Shown here piece by piece: positions 1 through 6,758 of a stretch of DNA of 8,172 nt (the stretch's first letter is position 1; every line of letters starts with the position of its first letter). Location: assembly GCA_964510585.1 (NCBI GenBank), contig CAZECW010000166.1, positions 1 to 8,172 on the forward strand. The letters are read 5' to 3'. Both the position numbers and the translations under genes were made by a program. Below the pieces are notes generated by a model that had not been told where the DNA came from, made no database searches, and saw only the letters and a program-made list of their open reading frames with translations. This DNA comes from an uncultured archaeon. Its GTDB lineage: Archaea; Asgardarchaeota; Jordiarchaeia; Jordiarchaeales; Jordiarchaeaceae.

Positions 1-149
1 AAGGTGATCCCCCTCCATAAATCCGCAGATGTCCAGAAGCCCGCCAGTCCCCCAAGAATCTTCTGGGGCTGGATTAACTCCTCAACCCCCACATAAGACA
101 GGTAACAACCAGGAAAACTACATACCTAAGACGAGTTCTCATTCACGCT

Positions 150-169
150 CTGCAAAAATTATATATATT
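150..169 (+). promoter_or_regulatory. Putative archaeal BRE + TATA box for the ATPase subunit I gene
   Basis: CTGCAAAAATTATATATATT: purine-rich run followed by a TATA-like tract, ~70 nt upstream of the ATG at 237. Motif match only. Confidence 0.5.
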
Positions 170-236
170 CGAAGGTTTAATCGTAAAAGCGTTCCTCTAG
201 TCAGTAAACTGGTATCGATTCTTAAAGTGACCTGCG

Positions 237-2720
237 ATGAGATTTACACCGGCTGAAATGGGCATTGTAAAAATTATCTGTCATAAGGATTATGAACGGG
301 AACTAATACGTTGCTTACATGAGGTAGGAGAAGTAGAACTCATAGATGTAATGGAACAAGGGGGAACAATGGCTACAGAAATTTCTGAGGCAGAACGAAC
401 TGTTTTTAGTCTTTTAAACGAGATTCAGAGGCATGTTGATTACCTTGGATTAGAAAAATATGTCCCCTACCTTGCTAACAAAATACCAAAAAAGAAACGT
501 TGGATGGTAGATGATAGGAAAATAGAAAAGGTATTGGAATTAGCCCAAAAAACGTTAGCCAAGGTTGAACCAAAAATCCAATCTTTAAGCCAAGAACTAA
601 TTCAGATCCAACAAGAACTAGATAAACAAAGAACCTTGCAAAAAATTGCGGAAACCTTAGAACCTCTAGAAATTAGTTTAGATCAACTGGGCCCCGGAAG
701 ATACGTTTATGCAGTGGCAGGAACAGTACTCACAATAAAATCAGGTACGCTTAAATGGCGGATAAAAGAGGTGACAGAGGGTAACTACATTTTCCGCTCA
801 ACCAGCATAGGTGAAGGAAGAGATGTTGTTTTCATTTCGTTTCTAAATCAGTATCGTGGCGTTGTTGAGCGTGTTCTTACCGCCTTTGGCTTTGAACAGT
901 TCAGACTTCCTCCAGATGTTAAAGGCACCACGAAGGAAATTATACAAAAAACTGCCTTAAACATTAAGAAGCTGGAGGAAACTCTAAATAAACTGGAAGA
1001 GCAACGCATGGACATTATAAAAAGCTGGGGATACCAATTACTGGTCTGTAGAGAATTACTTTCCATCGAAAAAAACCGTATAGACGCAAAAAAATATTTC
1101 CGCATAACTAAATCAACTGTGGAAGTCTGGGGTTGGTTTCCACTCAATAAAGCCAAAATACTGAGTGCTGCAATTGATAGGGCTACAGACAGAACAGCCA
1201 TAATTGAGATCACAAAAAACATTTCCCTAGAGGAAGAACGTCCAACAAAGATGGAAAACCCAAGAATTATAGGAGCGTACCAAAAATTAGTGAAGGCTTT
1301 TGGTATACCCAACTACCATGAAATAGACCCCACCAAATTCTTTATTCTAACTTTTCCAGTGTTCTTCGGATTAATGTTTCCAGACATTGCCCATGGAGCC
1401 ATACTGGCTCTAATAGCTCTTATAATCCTCATTTGGAAATCAAGGAAACCTGTAGTAACTGGAATTATGGGCTACATAGTTGAGGGGGCAGGTTTGCTGT
1501 TTATCTGTGGAATCTTTGCGGTGATTTTCGGTTTCATTTTCGGGTCATTCTTCGGTTCACATGCTGTCTACGACCCCCTATGGTATAATCCGTTTACACA
1601 GAGCGGAAACTTTAGATTCCTAAGACTATCTGTGATAATTGGTGTAGCAGAAATTACCTTCGGATTTTCTCTACGTTTTTGTAACCTATGGAGAAATGGG
1701 AAACGAAAAATGGCAGTTTTTCAACCGTTATGCCTCATTTGGTTCTATCTAGGTGCTTTTCTCATAATATACAGCGACGAATATAGTGTAAATTTCATGA
1801 ACTGGTTCTCACCCTATGGAGCAATAAGTGGTAAAATGTCGGCTCTAATAACTAAGTATTTTACTGGAGGATTAACTGCGGGCGACCTGCCTACAGTTTG
1901 GCAGATAATGACACCCTTCTGGTACACCACTTTAAGACCCCTAAAAGCTCTAGAACCCTTAGGTCTTGGAAATTACATAATGGACACACAGTTATGGCAT
2001 GTCTTAGAAATTGTAGCTGAAATTCAATACTTTTTTGGAGAAAAACTACTCCTCGAAACTCTGCACACAGTGGAGGAAATAGTTATAATCCAAACAACAG
2101 CTTGGGGTCCAGTTATACACCTACCGCCTGTTCAAATACTCACCATTTTTGGCGTTTTGTTACCTGTATTTATAACACTTTTTGGAACCATAGCTGTATC
2201 CCATGACAAGACAGAGGGATTCTCAGAGCAGCTAGACTACCTGATCTCCTGTCTATCTCACACCGTCTCCTTCTCACGAATATTCGCACTAGCAGCAGTT
2301 CACGTCATTCTCTCAGTAATATTCCTAGAGTTGCCAGGACCCCCTGCACTAGCAAATGTATACGAGGTATCCCACCTAACAGGACCTCTTGCAACCCTTC
2401 TCGCAACCTTAAACCCCGCAATAAGTGGATTTCCCATACCTCGTGTGGCTACAGAGTCACTCTTGTGGGCTGCTGTAGGAACCATAGTGATACTCGGATT
2501 GGAAGGACTAATTGCTTTTATGAACACATTGCGACTTCACTGGGTAGAATTCTTCTCCAAGTTTTACCACGGCGACGGAAGAGAATTTACCCCATTCACT
2601 TCAGCGCGTCAACTCACCCAACTAGAGAAACCCTACGATGAAAAAACCCTTGAAAAAGAAGTCGCAATAAGCACCAGTGGCTCTAAAGGTAGATTCAGAC
2701 ACAAGAGTTCAGGCGGATAA
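237..2720 (+). CDS. atpI: A/V-type ATP synthase/ATPase subunit I (V0 subunit a family), 827 aa
   Basis: N-terminal start motif (MRFTPAEM...LHEVGEVELID) and a coiled-coil-rich soluble domain. PT-x-M-x-N-P and FGIPNYHEIDPT lead into a multi-helix membrane domain with FFGLMFPDIAHG, SHTVSFSRIFALAAVH (essential Arg = R681, nt 2277-2279) and LRLHWVEFFSKFY...FTPF. Confidence 0.96.
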   Translation: MRFTPAEMGIVKIICHKDYERELIRCLHEVGEVELIDVMEQGGTMATEISEAERTVFSLLNEIQRHVDYLGLEKYVPYLANKIPKKKRWMVDDRKIEKVLELAQKTLAKVEPKIQSLSQELIQIQQELDKQRTLQKIAETLEPLEISLDQLGPGRYVYAVAGTVLTIKSGTLKWRIKEVTEGNYIFRSTSIGEGRDVVFISFLNQYRGVVERVLTAFGFEQFRLPPDVKGTTKEIIQKTALNIKKLEETLNKLEEQRMDIIKSWGYQLLVCRELLSIEKNRIDAKKYFRITKSTVEVWGWFPLNKAKILSAAIDRATDRTAIIEITKNISLEEERPTKMENPRIIGAYQKLVKAFGIPNYHEIDPTKFFILTFPVFFGLMFPDIAHGAILALIALIILIWKSRKPVVTGIMGYIVEGAGLLFICGIFAVIFGFIFGSFFGSHAVYDPLWYNPFTQSGNFRFLRLSVIIGVAEITFGFSLRFCNLWRNGKRKMAVFQPLCLIWFYLGAFLIIYSDEYSVNFMNWFSPYGAISGKMSALITKYFTGGLTAGDLPTVWQIMTPFWYTTLRPLKALEPLGLGNYIMDTQLWHVLEIVAEIQYFFGEKLLLETLHTVEEIVIIQTTAWGPVIHLPPVQILTIFGVLLPVFITLFGTIAVSHDKTEGFSEQLDYLISCLSHTVSFSRIFALAAVHVILSVIFLELPGPPALANVYEVSHLTGPLATLLATLNPAISGFPIPRVATESLLWAAVGTIVILGLEGLIAFMNTLRLHWVEFFSKFYHGDGREFTPFTSARQLTQLEKPYDEKTLEKEVAISTSGSKGRFRHKSSGG

Positions 2721-2730
2721 AGAAATCAAC

Positions 2731-2749
2731 CTTCATTTATTTCTTTTCT
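2731..2749 (+). terminator. Putative T-rich archaeal terminator after atpI
   Basis: CTTCATTTATTTCTTTTCT begins 10 nt after the TAA at 2718-2720, and no downstream co-oriented ATPase gene follows. Confidence 0.4.
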
Positions 2750-3194
2750 ACTCACCCAGCTTCAAAAAATAAAATATTCAAAAACTTTTTTGGAATCTAG
2801 CGTGATGCTTTGCAAGAATTTTGAATCCTTCTTTACTCTTGGAATTTTTGGGGAATACCACCTACAGATAATTCCTTAATGATGATGCAAGTGTTGGAAT
2901 TCCACTGTCCCCCCTACTTTTTCCCAAAAAGGATTTTTGAACACCTAATTATTGAAAAGCCATCTACAGGCCAAGCCAAAAACCATAAGGATATAACATA
3001 AGCATGTGGTGAGGCACCTTGATTTGGCAATCCTGAAACATATGGGAACCAAGTCTTGTAAAAAATGTTAAAAAAAGTCAACTGTAGTTATAGTAAAACA
3101 TTTTGTTAGTTTGAGACCAGTATTTCTAGGGTTATGCGTCTTAAATACTTCGAAAACGCCTTCTGATATGTGGGGTTACCGCTGTTGGGTAGAC

Positions 3195-3279
3195 TCGAGT
3201 GTATGTATTCTTTTCGAATTATCCTAACAGCCCATATACCTAAGGCGACTTCTCTGTTAGTTTTTACGAAAATTTTTTA
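3195..3279. repeat. Diverged direct repeat, copy A (upstream of the small membrane gene)
   Basis: Hand alignment, ungapped, of 3195-3251 with 3684-3740 gives 42/57 identities, including an exact CGAATTATCC. Both copies end in GTTTTT...AATTTTTTA. Confidence 0.75.
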
Positions 3280-3282
3280 ATC

Positions 3283-3288
3283 TTTAAA
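3283..3288 (+). promoter_or_regulatory. Putative TATA box (TTTAAA) for a leaderless transcript of the 99-aa gene
   Basis: TTTAAA ends 26 nt before the ATG at 3315, a spacing typical of leaderless archaeal mRNAs. Confidence 0.45.
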
Positions 3289-3314
3289 TGTTCTAAAATG
3301 AACGAGTGTGTATA

Positions 3315-3614
3315 ATGTCTGACCTTGAAAAAGAAATTAAAAAAGCTAAGACTCTTTCCAATCTTCAGATGATCCTAGCCTACGTCATCTACTTTGTGAT
3401 TTTTGCACTTATACTCATTAACATGTTTTTCATAATGAGCAGTTGGGAGGCTGCCTTAAACCTTACCCCTCCGCCAATCCCTTACCCATTACTTGTCAGC
3501 CTAGGAATAGTGCTTTTAATATCAATAATTATTCTCCAAACGGGATTCATATACCGCCTTTATAGAATAAAGAAGAGGGCAATCAAAGAAAAAGGAGAGG
3601 AGAAACGGAAATAA
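3315..3614 (+). CDS. Small hypothetical membrane protein, 99 aa, two predicted TM helices
   Basis: MSDLEKEIKKAK charged N-terminus, hydrophobic segments at ~aa 18-41 and ~aa 58-83 joined by a Pro-rich linker (TPPPIPYP), and a basic tail (RIKKRAIKEKGEEKRK). ATG 3315 is preferred over GTG 3306 because of the TATA spacing. No family recognised. Confidence 0.75.
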   Translation: MSDLEKEIKKAKTLSNLQMILAYVIYFVIFALILINMFFIMSSWEAALNLTPPPIPYPLLVSLGIVLLISIIILQTGFIYRLYRIKKRAIKEKGEEKRK

Positions 3615-3683
3615 ATAGATTCTGGCTACCTCAAAACTCTTCTAGTGATTTCTAGTTTTTCTGTGAAATATTTTGGGGTGCCT

Positions 3684-3762
3684 TCGAATGCATATACTCT
3701 CTACGAATTATCCCAAAAGCCAACATCTCTAATGCTCCTTTCCGGCTGTTTTTAATTTTTTA
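3684..3762. repeat. Diverged direct repeat, copy B (downstream of the small membrane gene)
   Basis: Aligns to 3195-3279 at an offset of 489 nt (see copy A). Confidence 0.75.
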
Positions 3763-3912
3763 TGCTAGATAATATTTTTGGGAAGGCTTTCAGTTTATTA
3801 TGGTACTATAATTTTGCCTGTAGTCACACTTCACTGTTTCACCATTAAACAATAATGTTAAAAACCGAGAGAGAAACTATGATCCTTCATAAGAACAGTT
3901 AATTCAGAATGC

Positions 3913-3930
3913 AGCGGCAATTAAACATAT
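3913..3930. repeat. 18-nt direct repeat, copy 1 (AGCGGCAATTAAACATAT)
   Basis: 17/18 identical to 4263-4280, 350 nt downstream. Confidence 0.75.
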
Positions 3931-4139
3931 AGGGGGATTTGGCAGCCAAAACAAATTATTTCCACGCCTCCAAAAATTGAATCTAGTAAATCTAAAAAAT
4001 CGACTTCTATTATGTTTCGAAAAATGGTCATAAAAACTTTAGTGCATTTTTGGGATTTGGGGCAGTTTTGAGACAGGTAATGTCCTGAAAAAAAGGCCAT
4101 ATGTTTAAACAAAGCTTCTAGGATGTGGCTTGTTTTGGT

Positions 4140-4177
4140 CCGCCCCTTTTTTCCAAGCCTCTCCGCCCTTTTTTTCG
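4140..4177. repeat. Short tandem direct repeat CCGCCC(C/T)TTTTTTC(C/G) x2
   Basis: 4140-4154 CCGCCCCTTTTTTCC and 4163-4177 CCGCCCTTTTTTTCG, 13/15 identical, 23-nt period. Confidence 0.6.
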
Positions 4178-4262
4178 GTAACATTTTCTACGCAGTGATG
4201 TCAAAAAGAGCGGAGAACAGATTCATCCCGCACAGTAGCAACACCAGATTCTTAACACAAGG

Positions 4263-4280
4263 AGCGGCGATTAAACATAT
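4263..4280. repeat. 18-nt direct repeat, copy 2 (AGCGGCGATTAAACATAT)
   Basis: 17/18 identical to 3913-3930. Its 3' part (4271-4282) is also the exact reverse complement of 4097-4108. Confidence 0.75.
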
Positions 4281-4501
4281 GGAAAAAAGGGTTAGTCTTA
4301 ACGGAATGACGCCCTATAAAGGCTCCTTTTGGCAAAGGGAGAAATTAAATGGGGGGAATAAAAACCACACGAAGAAATCAACTCGAAGTCAAAAATATGA
4401 AGGCTCCCTCCAGCGATTTGCAAGAACAACTTTTTACGTGCAGAAAAATTAGTGATAAATTAGCTGGACAGCCCCACTTATTACCGCTGCAAAAGTTTAT
4501 A

Positions 4502-5665
4502 TTATATTAAAGTTTTTACTGCCTCTTCAATTCCATTAATTGTTAATGGAAACATAGGAAAAATTTTGGAGATTTCCTTAATCGTCCAACCAGAATAACT
4601 TGTGGGATTCAGCCAAACTGATTTTCTGAAGTGGTCGCGCAAGCGAATGAGCCAAACGATGCCCGGCGTAGCGTCTGGATCAGAGTAGTAATAAATTGCG
4701 CCGCCCGGGTCAACAAGCTCAGAGGGATGCATATATGCATCCCCCACTATTATGAGTTTATAGTCCCTATCGTACTTGTGCATTAAATCCGCCGTAGGAA
4801 ACTTTGTGGATTCCCTCAAAAGCATGTTTCTATAAACAAATTGGTAGATGCAGTTGTGAAAATAAAAGTACTGAAAGTCCTTAAAGAACTTCAAGGAGTA
4901 AGCCGCCGAAAAAAGCTGGTTAACCAGGTGAGCGTAGGGTTCCATGGAGCCGCCCGCATCCATCAAGAGAAGCACCTTCACCCGATTTCTTCTCTCCGGT
5001 CGAAAGATAAGTTCTAGCTCCCCTGCATTCTTACAAGTCTCATCAATGGTTTCCTCAAGATCCAACTCCTCTGGTGCCCCCATACGTTTAAGCACCCGCA
5101 GCTTTTTGAGAGCCATCTGTATCTGGCGAATATCCAGAGTCATATCATGTCTATAGTTCTGGTACCGGCGTTCCATAGCGTACTTCATGGCCATACCTCC
5201 CCCTCTCCGGTCCGCGAGACTAATTCCCGTGGGATGCGTACCTCGAACCCCGAAGGGAGATGTGCCCCCTGTACCAATCCATTTGTCTCCGCCGTCATGT
5301 CGCTCCTTCTGCTCCCTGAGGCGTTCCTCAAATAGGTGTCGGAGCTCCTCCAAGTCCAAACATTTAAGTAACTCTAATTCCTCGGGCAGCAGGTATTTAT
5401 GGTTAAGCGGGTTTTCCAGCCAACTCAGAAACTGTTCATCAATGGTTAACATTTTATCTATGTCTTTGAAGAACTCCGCGAAACACTGGTCAAAAGCATC
5501 AAAGTGACACTCATTCTTCACAAGTAGAGCCCTGGTCAAAAAATAAAAGTCATCAAAACTACAGTTGTGGAGTCCCAGCGAGAGAGCCTTCATATAAGTG
5601 AGCCACTCAGTAATGGTGACAGGAATCTTATGCTGCCTTAAAAGGTAAAAAAAGTCTATTAGCAA
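4502..5665 (-). CDS. VWA (von Willebrand factor A) domain protein, COG3825/CoxE-like partner of MoxR, 387 aa
   Basis: N-terminus MLIDFFYLLRQHKIPVTITEWL...FYFLTRALLVKNE-HFD-FD. Family motifs HDGGDKWIGTGGTSPFG and ELDLEETIDET. MIDAS-like LLLMDAGGSM, followed by YFHNCIY, IIVGDA and VWLNP. TTG start abuts the MoxR stop. Confidence 0.92.
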   Translation of the reverse strand: MLIDFFYLLRQHKIPVTITEWLTYMKALSLGLHNCSFDDFYFLTRALLVKNECHFDAFDQCFAEFFKDIDKMLTIDEQFLSWLENPLNHKYLLPEELELLKCLDLEELRHLFEERLREQKERHDGGDKWIGTGGTSPFGVRGTHPTGISLADRRGGGMAMKYAMERRYQNYRHDMTLDIRQIQMALKKLRVLKRMGAPEELDLEETIDETCKNAGELELIFRPERRNRVKVLLLMDAGGSMEPYAHLVNQLFSAAYSLKFFKDFQYFYFHNCIYQFVYRNMLLRESTKFPTADLMHKYDRDYKLIIVGDAYMHPSELVDPGGAIYYYSDPDATPGIVWLIRLRDHFRKSVWLNPTSYSGWTIKEISKIFPMFPLTINGIEEAVKTLI

Positions 5666-6547
5666 CTAGTAATATCTCCTACCCAGCGTTTCATAACCCT
5701 TGGAGCTCGTCTCACCATAAGCTTTCTGGCGCTCCACACGGATGACTTCCATAAGGTCCTGCTCCTTTTTAACCAAAGTGCCCAGAAAGGGAATATCCTC
5801 AGCCAATCTCTCCTCAGATATTCCAAAACGCAGAAGTACACCAATCCAATCAATAAGCTCCGAAGTTGAAGGCTTCTTCTTCAAAGTATTGATAGAACGT
5901 AGCTCGTAAAACTTGTCCAAAACCTGATTAATGAACTTCTCCTCCAGATTGGGATAGTGAACATCCACTATTCTCCTCATCAACTCCCTATCTGGAAACT
6001 CAATGTAGTGAAACACGCACCGCCGCAGAAAAGCGTCCGGCAACTCCTTCTCATTATTACTAGTAATAATCACGATGGGCCTAGTTTTGGCCTTAATCTC
6101 CCTGCCGGTCTCAATAATCTTAAAAGACATCTCATCCAGCTCATTCAATAAATCATTGGGAAACTCAATATCCGCCTTGTCGATCTCGTCAATAAGCAGA
6201 ACCACCTGTTCATCAGAAGCGAACGCCTGACCCAGTTCTCCCAACCGTATATAGTTCTCAATGTTTGAAACATCTTTATCCCCGAAGCGGGCATCATTCA
6301 ACCGCTGAACAGTATCATACACGTAAAGGCCATCCTTCGCTTTGCTCGTGGATTTTATGTTCCAAACAATCAACTTCTTGTTCAAAGCCTTCGCAATGCT
6401 CATTGCCAGAAGAGTTTTACCCGTACCCGGCTCACCGCGAACCAGCAGGGGACGCCCCAGAGCAATGGCCGCGTTAACAATATTCGCCAATTCCTCCGAC
6501 GCAATATAATCGTCGGAACCCTGATACCTTTTAACTGTACCACTCAT
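5666..6547 (-). CDS. MoxR-family AAA+ ATPase (PA2707-like subfamily)
   Basis: Walker A GEPGTGKT, Walker B LLIDEIDKAD, sensor I/Arg-finger segment IIITSNNEKELPDAFLRRC, C-terminal KKPSTSELIDW. ATG at 6547 is preferred, and TTG at 6562 is the alternative start. Confidence 0.95.
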   Translation of the reverse strand: MSGTVKRYQGSDDYIASEELANIVNAAIALGRPLLVRGEPGTGKTLLAMSIAKALNKKLIVWNIKSTSKAKDGLYVYDTVQRLNDARFGDKDVSNIENYIRLGELGQAFASDEQVVLLIDEIDKADIEFPNDLLNELDEMSFKIIETGREIKAKTRPIVIITSNNEKELPDAFLRRCVFHYIEFPDRELMRRIVDVHYPNLEEKFINQVLDKFYELRSINTLKKKPSTSELIDWIGVLLRFGISEERLAEDIPFLGTLVKKEQDLMEVIRVERQKAYGETSSKGYETLGRRYY

Positions 6548-6625
6548 TTTCCCGACCAGCAACGAAAATCATCAAACTATAATGAGGGATAAAAACTGAA
6601 AACTGCTTTAAATCTTTTCTCCACC

Positions 6626-6638
6626 AAAAAATAAAAAA
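6626..6638 (-). terminator. Putative oligo-T terminator between the ABC genes and moxR
   Basis: Minus strand reads TTTTTTATTTTTT, ~120 nt past the permease stop and just upstream of a TTTAAA (6607-6612) that could serve moxR. Confidence 0.45.
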
Positions 6639-6758
6639 GATAGCCCCAACCTACATACCGTAGTCCCCACAATCCAAATTCAGTTCCATGCACATATCAC
6701 ACTAGAAGATAACTAAGAGATAACCCTGGTCTATTTTTTGAGGAATTGGCGTATTCGT

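Noticed and set aside
29-256. 75-aa plus-strand ORF overlapping the atpI start
   Set aside because: It runs through the TATA region, overlaps atpI out of frame, and has no recognisable motif.
848-2527. Minus-strand ORFs 848-1312 and 2300-2527
   Set aside because: They are antisense shadows wholly inside the well-supported atpI gene.
2879-3036. Possible C/D-box sRNA (ATGATGA at 2879-2885, CTGA at 3033-3036)
   Set aside because: The boxes are ~150 nt apart, far longer than typical archaeal C/D guides, with no clear C'/D' boxes or terminal stem.
3224-3260. Integron attC-like site (CTAAC...GTTAG)
   Set aside because: It spans only 37 nt, does not match RYYYAAC/GTTRRRY, is not placed at a gene end, and no integrase is in view.
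3921-4452. ORFs 3921-4184 (-) and 4123-4452 (+)
   Set aside because: They overlap each other, run through homopolymer tracts and repeats, and have no family motifs or convincing start signals.
3195-4491. CRISPR array interpretation of the repeats
   Set aside because: There are only two copies per repeat, with spacing of 350-489 nt and divergent sequences. No regular repeat-spacer period or cas genes.
2721-4501. Replication origin
   Set aside because: It is AT-rich with repeats, but shows no recognisable ORB/mini-ORB consensus and no adjacent orc1/cdc6 or whiP gene. Not excluded, but unsupported.
4944-6477. ORFs 4944-5156, 5147-5335, 5187-5507, 5957-6151, 6265-6477 (+) and 5659-5853 (-)
   Set aside because: They are antisense or alternate-frame shadows of the vwa and moxR genes.
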